DNA from: Cyanophora paradoxa CCMP329
Taxonomy: Eukaryota; Plantae; Glaucophyta
Assembly (NCBI GenBank): GCA_004431415.1
Contig: QPMI01000417.1
Coordinates: 62,001 to 126,000 of the forward strand
Direction: 5' to 3'
DNA length: 64,000 nucleotides
Part shown: positions 24,795 to 37,175 of the stretch, piece after piece
Position numbering within the stretch: the first letter of the stretch is position 1
Layout of the letters: the number at the start of each line of letters is the position of its first letter
Translations under genes and position numbers: made by a program
Notes under the pieces: generated by a model
What the model saw: the letters and a program-made list of their open reading frames with translations, nothing else
Told to the model about the DNA's origin: nothing
The model's database searches: none

Positions 24795-27560
24795 CTAAAG
24801 GAGCGGGGCGGTGAACAGGGCGAAGACGGAAGTAAAGCCCTGCAGCTCCGACGTGCCGGCGTCCTGTGCGGGGCGTCAGTCCCTGAAGATAGGATCGCGA
24901 ACGGGTACGCCTTTTCGGAAGGGAATGGGCCTAGGGAGTGAGGGCCGCACCTGCATGGGGTGGTACGAGTGGCTGCAGCCGGCGCGGGCCTTGGGGCCGA
25001 GCTCGCCTCCGCAGAAGAAGCCTGCAAGGCCTGGGGTACGCGCGATCGGCGGCCCGCGCGGGGTACGGGGATCCGGACGGGGGAGGAGGGGGGTACCCGA
25101 GCTCGGGAAGACGCGGCGGAAGGCGGACGAGTCGACGTGGCGGCGGCCACCCTACCGGGGTACGCGTTACAAAGAAAGAGGAAGAAAGAAATCGGGGAGG
25201 GGGGAGGAACGTACGTAGAGGTTGGGCCCGCGGCCGTTGCAAGCGAAGAGAAGCCCGCCGAGGGGGCGGCGGGGCGCGCCGGCCGGGCCGGGGCCCGAGA
25301 GCACTCGGGGTACACCGCTTCCCTTCGAACTCGGGACGAGGGCGCGCAGGCGTGACTCGACGTCCGCCTCCGCGCCCTTGGCGGTGAGCGTGTAGAACTG
25401 CGCGGGGCTCATATGAGATCATGCGAGATCGGAAGCGCTCGGGCGCCGCGCGCCTGCACAAAGCTCCCCACGGAGACCCGATCCCCGCTCCCGTCGTCCT
25501 CGAGAATGACGGACCCGTTCTGCCCGGTGCGTGAGGGGTACATGACACCAGAACGCGCACGGGTACGGGGGTACGAAGGGCACCGGGAGGGCCTTGACGA
25601 TGGCTAGGGGAAAGTGGCCGTAGGGGGGTTCCGCCACGTCGCCGGTACCCAGGTGGATGGCCCCAAGCTGGGGTACAAGCTCATTCGGAGGTCGAGCAGA
25701 GGGGGGAGGAGAAGGGCGGAGGGTACACGCACGAAGTTGCGAGGGGGGTTCTCGTTCTGGGCGTTCGACATCATACTCACGATGACCTGCGGGGGCACGG
25801 CGGGGCGTTGGCCGCGGTAGGGGTACGCATGCAGGCCGTGCAGGGGGTTACACTCACGTCGCGGGCGGTGCCGACGGGGGCGCGGGGCGGCTCGGCCTGC
25901 GGCGGGGAAAGGAGGAGGAGGGAGGGGGGGGAAGAGCGTGAGAACGGCTCGGCTCATCTGAGGAGAGGGGGTACAGACTCGCTCACCTGAGAGAGCTCGT
26001 GGATCGCCTGGCCCTGGTGCAGTCTGGCGGCGGACGCTTCAACGTGGGGAACGAAGCGCGCGGACGGGAGGGGGGTACAGCGCACGAGGAGACGACGAGG
26101 GGTCCCCCCTCCTTCGCCAGGCCCTTCGAGACCGCCGCGATCATGGGGGGTACCCCGTCCGCGGCCCTCTCGATCGCGATGCCTGCCGCGGGGCGGCCGG
26201 GGTCGGCGGCGGGGGTACAGGATAGGGGAAGAGGAGAGGGGGTACCGCAGACGCCGTCGTTGTGGACCATAAGATCCTCCCCCGCTGGCCGGACGAAGAG
26301 GGGGAAACGCTGCTGCGTGGCCCCTCCCACCACGAGCTGCGGCGGGGCAGGGCTCGACCGCGCTCTCGGGCTCGAGAGCTCGAGGCGGGGGGTACGCGCG
26401 CACAGCCTGGGGGTACGACTCCTGGATGCCGTCGATGAACGGGTGAACGTTCCTCGAGACGCAGAAGAACACGACGAAGCCTGAAGGGCGCGTTCGTTCG
26501 GTTCAGTTCGAGGTTAAACAATCCAGTTTGAGGTTAACCAGCTCGGCTCGCACCCACATACTCCTTCGACGGGTCTAGCGCGGGCGAGGCGCGCGCCGGG
26601 TCCTCCAGGATCTTCTTGACCTGATTTGATCCGGCGAGCCGGGATCAAATTGCGACCGTCGTACTGCGCGGCCCGGCGCTCCGCGCACCCAGTCGCGGCC
26701 AGACTCGGCGCCGGAGCGCTTGATGTGCTTGTCGGGGACGTAGAAGGGCGAAACGCGCGTGCCGGGCGGGAGGTCCATCAGGTTCAGGGCGACCGACTCC
26801 TCCTGCCCCGGCTCGTCGGGATCGTCCATCTCCATGGCGTCGCCTGCGGCCGCGCGCGCGCGTCGCGTCGTCGTCGTCAATCTAAGATGCGCGTGCGCGA
26901 GCGCGGCGCGCACCGTCCTGGATGCCGAGGACGCCGGTGGCCGAACAGCCGACGAGGGTCGCTCCAGGCGGAAGGAGCTTCTCGACCTTGTCGGCCAGCG
27001 TCCGGTCGTCGTCGGACATGACGGGAAACTCCATCCCGTGCTTCATGCTCGTAAAGAGGAAGCCGAGCGTGTTGTTGCCCGCCAGGTCCGACTTGCTGCG
27101 CCGGCGCGGGTCGAGCGAAAGACACCGCAGAGAGGGCCGCGGCCGCGGCCGCGCACCGAATGCCGTCGCGGAGCTGCGCGAGGCAGTCGTCGATCTCCGG
27201 GGCGCTGGCGAGGCCCGCGAAGGAGCCCAGGAACTGCTTCTTGGCCGCCTTGGCGAACTCGCGGAAGTCGCGGCAGACCGCCTCCGCGCACCTCAAAGAG
27301 GCCCAGTCCGCGTAGCTGCGGCGCTCGTCAGAGAGGCCCAGCCGCGTACGCGGGGCGGGACGGGCGGCGGCGGAACGAATGCATCTAGATCTCACGTGCA
27401 ATTGCAACGCTCGGCTGAAGAGGCGGCCGACGGGCGGGGCGACGTCAACAGTGGCTAGGATCGACGACCCCTCTAGATCGGCGCCCTCGCACCTGAAAAT
27501 CCTGTGCCAGAGCTCCTCCGGCAGGAAGTCCAGGGCTGATTCCCCGGCGTCGGCGTCCAT
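24795..27560 (-). CDS. F-box + FIST_N/FIST_C domain protein (FBXO22-like architecture)
   Basis: F-box LDFLPEELWHRIF; FIST_N LPPGATLVGCSATGVLG and VALNLMDLPPGTRVSPF; FIST_C GGLLFACNGRGPNLY, LAGFFCGGELGP, ELQGFTSVFALF. TAG at 24795-97. Confidence 0.87.
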
Positions 27561-27692
27561 TTGCGGTGGTGCGCGCGGGGTCGCTGCTGGAGAACGTGCG
27601 TCGGCGCCGCGAGCACCGTGGGCTCTGGCTTGCTGGTCGCTGCGTCGACTCGACGCACACGTACCCCCCTTGAAGCCGCGCTGCCTCACGAG

Positions 27693-30600
27693 ATGCAGCC
27701 GCAGCAGCGCAACGAGAAGCCGCGCTTCGCGTACGTCGAGGAGCGCGGCGGATTCGACGCCGCGACGATGGACGTGCCCTGCGGGCGGGACTCGCCGGCG
27801 CAGCACGTCCACGCCCTGCGCTTCCCGCGACACCTCTCGCAGGAGGTGCGAGTGCGCGCCGCTGTCAGAGAGGCGGGCGCGGCGCTCGAACAGCGAGTTC
27901 GATCGGCGCGAGGCGCGCGCCGGCCTTCCGATCCTGAAGCTTGACGTGTTCTTCGACTTCAGGAAGCGTGCGATATCGCTCGTGCGCGCCTCCACCAGCG
28001 AGCGCTGGAGGACAACGCGAAGTTCCACGAGGGCGGCCTCCACTCCGTGCGTTTGAAATCGCCGCCGCCCTCACGTCACCCTCTGATTTCGATCGCATTT
28101 CGCAGGATCATCGCGGCGACCGTGCCGCAGATGCCTGTGCGACCGCTCAAGCGCTGCGCCGCGCGCGCGAGATCTCTATAGCTAGCTATAGATCGAGCCG
28201 CGCTTTGCAATTGCGAATGCGCGCGTCCGCCTTCGTTCTAGAACTGCCCGAGCATGAGCCTGCTTCGCATGCGCAGATCGACACTTTCTCCTGAACAACT
28301 GCGGTCCCCGGCCGCCGGGTTCGTGCACGCATCTCAAATTCCCGCCGTCTAGAGGACATGTACAGTTGCAGCCCGCCAGGCCTGATCATGATCGCGACTA
28401 GATGTGATTCAGGCTTCTCTAGATCTAGATCTGCTCGAGCTCCGCGAAGTCGAACTGACGAGTTCGCTGGCGCAGTTCCCGGCCTGCCGGACTACGTCTA
28501 CGAGGGGTTCGGGCACACTTCGGGCCACACGCTCGACTACGCCGAGGGCGCCGCGATGCCCGAGGCGCAGGCGGGACTCGCGCGCCGCTCCCTGAACGCC
28601 CACGTGAATTTGATCTTGAATTTGATCCGCCAATTCAAATTTGATCCGCGCGCGCATGCAGCGGCTCCTGGTGCCGAGCGCGGGCGGCCCTGTGATGCCG
28701 CAGGACGTGCCCGGGCTATTCACGATCCGCATCAACCGCCCCGGCGACCCCAACGCCCGGACGACCTTCGCGCCGGCCTGCGAGGCGCGCGCGCCGAGAT
28801 TCGATGCCATGATGAGATTTTATAAGCTTTAAAACAGGCTAGTTTTAAACTTGAAAAGAGCTTATAATTTTAATTAGAACCTGAGCTCTGGAGACGAGAT
28901 TCGATTCCCGCCGCGCGCGCCGCGTTCGTTCTAGATCTAATCTCTTCGAATTCTCCTCTTCGACGTCCCGCAGGAATTCCAGTCGTCCACGGGATACCGC
29001 ATCATCATCCCCGAAGGTCCGCCCCCCCCACCCATGGCCAGCTGCAGGCAAGGCCAGCCTGGCAGGCCTCGATCGGCGCGAGCTCCCTTAATTGAAGTTC
29101 ACATCGGAAGCTTCATTATAGGCCGCCCCGCCCCGCCCCCGCCCCCGCCCCCGCCCCACCCCCGCCTCCGTCGAAAGCCGATCACGACCCGCCCCGCCCC
29201 CTTCGTTCGCAGGGATGTCGCACGAGGAGGCGGTCTCCCTCGTCATTACCCGCCTCGAGCAGGTCGGCGCTAATCTACAAGCTATAGCTTATTATATATA
29301 ATCCAGAACTAGAAGAGGCCGCGACAAAGTTATAGAAACATTAAAGCAAAGACGTGCCTCGAGCAGGTCGGAAAGATTTCAGTTGGCTCGAGTACTGATT
29401 GGCTGATTCCCTTCCTCCCTTGCTTCCCCCCCCCCACCCCCGGCAGCGCCGCGCCGACCTCGCGCTCGCCGTGCGATCCCACGCGCATGCGCATGCCATT
29501 CGCCCGACGCGCGGTTGCGGCCATGCACGGGGCTTTTCTGATTCTGATATTGAGCTGTTTCCCGTCCGATCGCAGAAACCAAAGACGGTGACGCCCCGGC
29601 ACCGCGCAAAGGCCCGCGCCTACATGGAGTGCGTTCCCGCGGCCGATTTCCGAGATCGTCTAGAATACGTATTCCCGTAGTCTTGCTTTTGATCTCTAGA
29701 TCTCACGCATCAAGGCCACAATAAGGAATATTTTTATCCCTTGCCTCCGAATTAAATCTACCCACCATGCATATGGCCAGTTTCGATGATTCGTACGTAA
29801 TATTTAATGCTGGGTAACCCACCCAGGTTCCTCGAGGCTGCGTCGGGGACGCTGCCGGAGGTGGACCGCCAGTACTGCCACGAGTTCGTCGACCAGGCTC
29901 GCCCCCGTATTAGAGCTTTGCCTCAGTCTATATTATAATTTGCCCCCATATATCTCGTCGTATTAAAGACCATATATAAAGCTTTGCCCCAATCTATAAT
30001 CTCCTGTCATCGACGGCCCATCGATAATAGTTTTATCGTTCGCTTCGCTAATAGCGCGCCCCCGCATCTATAGCTTTGCCTCGATCTCATCCGGATCCAT
30101 GAGACCTTGAAGCTTTAAGCTTTGTCTCGGTCTATATTATAATTTGATGACCCCGTCATCATCGACGGCCCATCGATAATAGCTTCATCGTTCTCCGAAG
30201 ATTTCAATAGCATCCAATCCGTTTAGACTGGCATGGCAGTCGCGCGCCGGCGCCGTTGCTGCGGACGGCGGTCGCCGTCGCCATCGATATCGCTGACGGC
30301 GTCCGCCGGCAGGTGTCTCGGGACCTGCGCGAGTACGAGTGCGTGTGCATGCGCACGAACTCGCCCGCGGCCGACATCGGCAAACTATAATATATATTGC
30401 GTTTCCGGATATGTCTAGCTACACCTAAGTCCCACGCCCGCGCGCTGATTTCTTGATCTATTTCTATTTATGGATCGCGCTATTCCGCAGATACCCGACG
30501 TACGTGTGAGCCGCCGCGGCCGGCGGGCCTCGAGCTCGCGATCGCGCAAGGATCCGGAGTGGCTGCGCATGCCGCGGCACTGCGACGAGATCGAGGATGC

Positions 30601-30700
30601 TACAGCTGCGCATGCCTATGTCCATGTGTATATATATAACTTGAAGGAGAGCGCTAGCCGGTCGCGCATCGAGCTCCCGAGACCAATTGCAAATCTTTGA
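27693..30700 (+). CDS. Hypothetical multi-exon protein, head-to-head with the F-box/FIST gene (132 bp apart)
   Basis: High-GC3 exons with splice signals (MQPQQRNEKPRFAYVEERGGFD, GLPDYVYEGFGHTSGHTLDY, PGLFTIRINRPGDP, LPEVDRQYCHEFVDQ). No family recognised and the 3' end is uncertain. Confidence 0.5.
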
Positions 30701-30765
30701 GCACCAGAATTAGAAAGAGTTGTTACGTTGCTGCGCATGCCCTCGCCTGCCCAATTGCAAGGTCC

Positions 30766-30873
<108 letters not shown>

Positions 30874-31461
30874 TGCAAGTTGTCCAACCCGATATCTGTT
30901 AGAGACCCTCAGCGGACAACTATGATATTGATCGTGATAAGCTGCTGAGCTGCAGCCTGCAGCGGGCATTGCAACACCAGCTGCTGAGCGGGCATCTGGC
31001 ATTGCAAGGCGGTGGCGCCGGCAGCGGCAGCCGCGGTGCACTGTGCAGTCTGTGCAGATCTATGCATGCGAGAGTCTTTTTTTTTTTTTTTAAAAAAAAA
31101 ATGCGTTTTTTCATTTTTTGTTTCGTGTTCGACAACCAATTGAAAAAACTCCGATCGATCCGATGATTCCGATCGACTCCGATCGATTCGTCGATGACGA
31201 ATGACGAATCACTGGCAATTTCCTTTTTTGTGACTAATCACAGATCAATATATAGCTAGAAGGTGACGTACGTACGCGTATACCGGTACGCATCAATAGC
31301 AAACTTGCAACTCGACGACTCCGATTGAGGTGGCCGCCGGGCGGCCGCCGGGCCGATATATCGATGCACGTTCAGCTGTATGACAGTACTCGTAGATTTG
31401 ATCCGACAGAGTTTCACTACTCCAGTCTCTAGATCTCTACTAGGCCGATCTCGGGGAATGA

Positions 31462-31530
31462 CGCGTGCACTTCTCCTTTCCAGGTCGCGTGCACTTCTCC
31501 TTTCCAGGTCGCGTGCACTTCTCCTTTCCA
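31462..31530. repeat. 24-bp tandem repeat x~3
   Basis: Unit cgcgtgcacttctcctttccaggt. Confidence 0.9.
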
Positions 31531-32892
31531 ACCGACAGCCGGCGCGCGCTTTAATTTAGGCTGGCCAGCTGGTGGCCGTTTACATCACCGACAACAACGG
31601 CAACAGGGTGCGGGTCTCGGACGAGAGCAACAGGGTGCGGGTCTCATTCTCAGATTCAGTGCGCCTTAAAGCTTATCTCGTGCCTGCTCAAAACGCCACC
31701 CCATTTTTCTTTGACGCAGTCGTGCTTCCGCAGAGGCACCCAAATTAAACTTCGGCCCACACGCAGCCACCTTTTCTTCTCGATTAACACCCCTGTTCAG
31801 ATATCGATCCCGCGTTCGCGCTGAATAAGCGTTTAGATCTTGTCAATGAATGAACCATTGCAATATCATATTGTACTCACGATGCCATGATGCGACTAAT
31901 ACGCCGACTATTCAGAGTAATTTCAGACCGAGGCGGCTCCCGGCCAAGTAACGCGTATATTCGCTCCTGTCGTCTTTGCGAACGCGTACGTGCGCTTGCC
32001 GATCGCGAGCTCGATTCGTGTTTAATATCATCATGGGCATATATATAAACATTCCTGCCCCGGGGCAGTGCAGCCTCTGGACGGTCTCCGCCGGCACGGC
32101 AATGTTTAAAATATTAATGCCAGAAGGATAGATCGATATCCGGAAAACATATATATTTTACACGCAGAATTCAAATATGTAGTAGCCGGCCCGCTCATAG
32201 CGATGCGGTTATCTTACACGCTGTCTGATTCATGCCTCCCGTGTTCGAATCGCCCTGCGATGAGAATCACGCCTTCGAATCCTGCCCGTTCCAGAATATC
32301 ATTCGATCATTCCCCTACAGTGCTGGAGTAGACTAGAGGCTGTGGCCGGTAATTCACCAAAAAACAATAGTATACGTAGCCGGCAATCGTATTTTAGAAA
32401 TATTTCGTATATATCGTCAGAATTGCACCGGGTAAATACATAGGAGCGAGGGTGCTGAGGGATGAAATTGCAAGGGTAAAAAGAATGATGCATATGGGGT
32501 ACGACATCGAGATGGGAGAGTCGTGAAGAGCGCTATAGCTATTAATACTGGTAGCTAGCTATTTATGTTTTCGGAGGATTCAATTGCGTCAACGCGCAAC
32601 AGGTAGCAGTACTAGTACTATATAGATATAGCGCCCGCTCCACCTCCTACCCTCGCCCGCCCGGGGGACCCGGCGCCGCGGCGAGGGCCCGCCGCCGGCC
32701 CGGCCCGGCCCGGATCCGGAGGCCCGGCTCGATCGCGATCCATGCATATGCCACTCAGCTCAGGATCCGGTACCCGGTGTACGTACAGGCCTGGCGGGTC
32801 TCCGGATCCGCCCGTCACTGCGCCCAGCGATCGCGATCCGGACTCGGGACATCCGCCGCTTGATCAACCCCCGCGTCGCACCAGGAGCCCAG

Positions 32893-33434
32893 CAGTGTTT
32901 GATATACTTTCATTGCGCAAGCTTTCACTGTGAAAGCTTTCTAGAAAGCTTTCAGAAAGCTTTCATGCCCAAAAACGCAGGTGAAAGCTTTCAGTTTCGT
33001 TGCAACGGGGGGGGTACCCTACAGCAGGCCTTCCGACGGAGTTTCATGCGGAAAACGACGGATTTGAGCAAGCTAGAGTGCAACAAAGCATAATGCCACA
33101 CGGGGCAAACGGTTGCATGACGTTGTGGAAGGGCGGGGGCCGCTGGGGAACGTGGCCGCCTCCGGAGCTGTACCCCCTCTTCCACTGAAACTTGGCTGAA
33201 AGGAGCTCAGGAGCACGTGCACAGCATGGCCATGCGGGCTTTAAGATTGCAGTTGGAGATGACATTGGAAAGCATAGACTTGTGTCTGGACGCTTGCTTG
33301 AAACAGATCTAGAATATTTCCGGTTTCGCTGGGCAAGGTTTCCTTGTATGGGAGCAATCCTTTCAGAAAGCTTTCAGAAAGCTTTCATGAAAGCTTTCAG
33401 GGTGCCGGCGGGGAGTAAACTTTCACAAACACTG
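32893..33434. mobile_element. Non-autonomous hAT-type DNA transposon (542 bp)
   Basis: TIR CAGTGTTTG ... CAAACACTG; exact 8-bp TSD GAGCCCAG (32885-92, 33435-42); subterminal GAAAGCTTTC arrays at both ends. 8-bp TSD plus CAG termini are typical of hAT. Confidence 0.9.
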
Positions 33435-33683
33435 GAGCCCAGCCGCCGCCCGTCGGGCTTCCGAGCTCGAGTATGAGCTTGAAATTAAGCTATTTTTTTT
33501 GGTAAATTACCGGCCACAGTCTCTAGACACCAGCACTGCGGGGGCTGCCCAGGGGGCATAAAGACAAAAAAGCAAAATAACTAATTTTTTTTTTGGTGAA
33601 TTACCGGCCACAGTCTCTAGACACCAGCACTGCGGGGGCTGCCCAGGGGGCATAAAGACAAAAAAGCAAAATAACTAAGACAA

Positions 33684-34347
33684 GAGCACGAAGAAAGATA
33701 AGACAAAGAGCCAAAATCGACAATAAAAAAGAAAAGACACAGAGCTCGAGACAGAGCGAGAAGAGACGAGAAATCGAGCAGATCTAGGGACAGAGGATGA
33801 CTGACACGAAGAAGAGCCAGAGCTAGAGATACCATCAATATCGGAAGAAATTACATCACTAAGAAGCGGAGGACAAATTTGAGAAAGATAAATAACAGGA
33901 AGCAGACAAGTAAGAGGAACAACAAGACGACGCGGAGGCGGAGGCGAAGCAGGACGACGCGAAAGGGCAGAGCTACGGCACGAGGTCGAGGAGGACACAG
34001 GAGGCACGAAGAAAGATAAGACAAAGAGCACGAAGAAAGATAAGACAAAGAGCCAAAATCGACAATAAAAAAGAAAAGACACGGAGCTCGAGACAGATCG
34101 AGAAGAGACGAGAAATCGAGCAGATCTAGGGACAGAGGATGACTGACACGAAGAAGAGCCAGAGCTAGAGATACCATCAATATCGGAAGGAATTACATCA
34201 CTAAGAAGCGGAGGACAAATTTGAGAAAGATAAATAACAGGAAGCAGACAAGTAAGAGGAACAACAAGACGACGCGGAGGCGGAGGCGAAGCAGGACGAC
34301 GCGAAAGGGCAGAGCTACGGCACGAGGTCGAGGAGGACACAGGAGGC
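33684..34347. repeat. 342-bp near-perfect tandem duplication in the LINE 3' region
   Basis: Units start at 33684 and 34026 and differ by few substitutions. Confidence 0.92.
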
Positions 34348-35630
34348 GGAGCAGGCGGATCAAGAGCAGGCAAAAGGACAGTCAAAGGAATCACTAAAGC
34401 CGGCCGGGGTCGAGGCGGGCAGTCGAACTGCAAACGACGGCGAACAACAGGTCGAGCACGAGGACTATAGCTAGTATTGAAACTAACTCTAGCATCAACA
34501 CTACGATCAGAATCCGAACTAGACCGAACTAAACTATAAGACGAAGTACGCCGGCGCCGGCGGGATACGACCAGCGAAGCAGAAGACGAAAGCAAAGGCG
34601 GCGGTCCGGTATCAAGAACAAAGGCCGGAGGGTCCGGCCCGGCAAACCGCCGGAGGGAAGTAGAAGGAGACGCAGGCACGGCAAGCCGGCGACGGGTACG
34701 ACCACGAGTCCGGGAGGAGATCGGGGAAGCCGGTCCCGGAGCTGAGGGCCCAGGAGCAGAGCCAGGAGATCTAGAAGGTAAGCCCGGCGAGAAATCTGAC
34801 CCGGAGCCGGAACCCAGCGAACGACGACGACGAAGAGGCCCCCGAGGAGCCACGACGGGGGAGCTACCGAGCAAAGTACTGACAGCCGGCGCCGAACACG
34901 GTGGCGGAGGTACCCCGCAGACAGTGGCAGGCGGAGAGTCCAGGGTCGATCGAGAGATCCGCCGACGGGAACGCGGCGGAGGCCTACGAGACGGAAGAGG
35001 CGAGCTCGAGGAGGGAGCCGAGGAAGGGTCGGATCCGGAGGCAGGGGAAGGGCCGCGAACAGGTGACGGGGATCGCTGCCGGCGCCGAAGAGAGGGCAGC
35101 GAAGCAGGAGAAAGGTCAGGTGGCGCCGGATCAGATGACACGGGGGTCATGGGCGGCGCAGAGAGAGACGAGCTCGAGTGCGCAAGGGCCTGACGAGGGC
35201 GCCGGCGGCGAATCTCACGAGCGCCAGGAAGCGGGAGAGGACCCGCAGATGGGACCCGAGGCGCCGAAGGGGGAGCAGGGAGCCGGAATGACGGGGAGAC
35301 CGAAAAGAGGACAGTCTCGCCAACACTCGGAAGCGGAGCAGAGGCCGAGGACCCGGAGCTCGAGGGGGGGAGGGAGGGCGGAGGAGGAGAGAGAAGGCGG
35401 CTATTCGAAGGGTATGGAGAATCGAGAGCGGAGGCGAGGGAGGCCGAAGTGATGGCGAGCTCTGGAGGCGAGGGGGCCTGCAAGCGGACCCGGGAGAGTG
35501 GATGCAGACGCAAAGAGACCGGGACGTAGTGGCGGGAGGGGCATGCAAAAAGATAGTGCCGCCCGGCGTCACAGTTGCAGAAGCGGGGGCAAGAAGGATG
35601 GGCTGAAGAGGGGGCTGAACCAGGAGGACG

Positions 35631-37175
35631 TCAGAAAGAGGGCCACGCGGGGCGGAAGTGGAGGAGCAAGGGAAGAGGTAAGAAGGGGTACGGAGCTGCA
35701 AGATGACCAGGGACCTGCCGGGGAACAGGCAAGTGAAGAGGCCCCGTGACAGCAAGTTGTAAGGAGGGAGGAGGTAGAGGCGGGGCCAGCGGGCCAAGGA
35801 GCACAGGGATCGGGACCGCAGGGAATGGGGGAAAAGGAGCGTCGAGAGGGGCAGCGAGAGCAGGAATAGGAACGGGCCCAAGGGTCACTACAGGGGCCAG
35901 AGCAGGAGGGGACGGCGCAGGAGGCGGGCGACCACCAGGGATCCCCAAAGGGACATTCCCACGAACGGCAAACTCCGCAGGATTCCGGAGGACAGAATCG
36001 ATGTCACGCGAAGAGACGAGGTTGTCAGCACCGCCCGAAGAAGGAGGGTCGGGCGAGTCAGAAGCAGAGCTTGAACTAGAACGATGAGAACCGGCACCAG
36101 ATTCTGAATCATGTGCGTCAGCATCCGAGGCATCCTGATCATCAGCGTCAGCAGCAGCCAAGCGAGCGCGCCGCTCCTCCAACAAGGCCGAAGCCTGCGG
36201 GATGGTGAACTCTAGGTACGACATATTTCTGTCCCAGGCGGCAACAAGCGCGGCGCGGTTGTAAGAAGGTGCATCAATGTCAGCCTCCTCAAGATCGCAC
36301 CGAGCGCGAGCAACCTGTTGGATGGAAAATACGCCAGCAAGGATCGCTCCAAGTGAGCGAAGGCAGAAGGCGGGGTTAACTTTACTGCGCAAAATGGGCC
36401 CAGATAAATCCGGAACCGAGAGGATGTGGAAGAGAGAGAGCTCGAGGTCAGGCACTGCGACCTCTTCACGCTCCTCCGGTGGAAGAGTAGAAGCCCAGAA
36501 ATTCAGGCGCTCACGAATGAAATCCCAGAACGAACGAGAAAGCGGGCACTCAGAGAAAACGTGCGCGTGAGAGCGAGCAGATCCGTCATTACAAACCCGA
36601 CAGAAACGACGGCGAGGCGACTGTTGCTCGCCCAAACGATACAATTTGAAATGCAAACGGTAAAGAGCATCGATCCAAAGCATCGGGAAACACTGAAGGA
36701 CGACAAGATGAGGAAGACGGGACGGAGACAAGGCGCCGGGAAACCCCACTTAGCATCGGGCATCTGAGCGTGGCTAGACACATCGCGAAGCCGCTGGACC
36801 TCAAGGCAGTAGAAGCGACGAACAGATGAGAGGCGGAGAGGGAGCATACGAGCAAATGTGAACGCAAGATTATCAAGAGAAAGAAAGGCAGAGGGGCCTG
36901 CTCCTAGAATAAAAAGACCGGGCAGGGTTCCGCGACGTAGAGAGAGAAAGACAGCGCTAAAGCAAACGTGCAGCGGAAGCAAACGAGATAGAATTGAATT
37001 AGAGGATAGGCCCACAGGGTGGGAAGCCGCAGGGCGGCAAGGAACACGCGGCACGTAATCCAGCACCCGTGGAATTATCTGGTTATCGCGAGCGGGGAAG
37101 GCGACAAAAGTACCGCTCGGGCCCCGAAGGAGAGCAACCGAGGCGTCCAGTCCAGACCACCAGAGATGCTGAGGT
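35631..37175 (-). pseudogene. LINE ORF2 C-terminal fragment with zf-RVT-type CCHC motif
   Basis: WIDALYRLHFKL..FCRVCNDGSARSHAHVFSECPLSRSFW. A frameshift near 36750 joins ORFs 36503-37066 and 35631-36749. Confidence 0.8.

Noticed and set aside
26877-28043. 388-aa ORF as a stand-alone gene
   Set aside because: Only the part from the ATG at 27560 is F-box coding; the upstream part overlaps the divergent gene and it reads through introns.
31462-31650. Short direct repeats as a CRISPR array (also 2802-2867 and 53620-53715)
   Set aside because: No unique constant-length spacers, no cas genes, and the context is eukaryotic.
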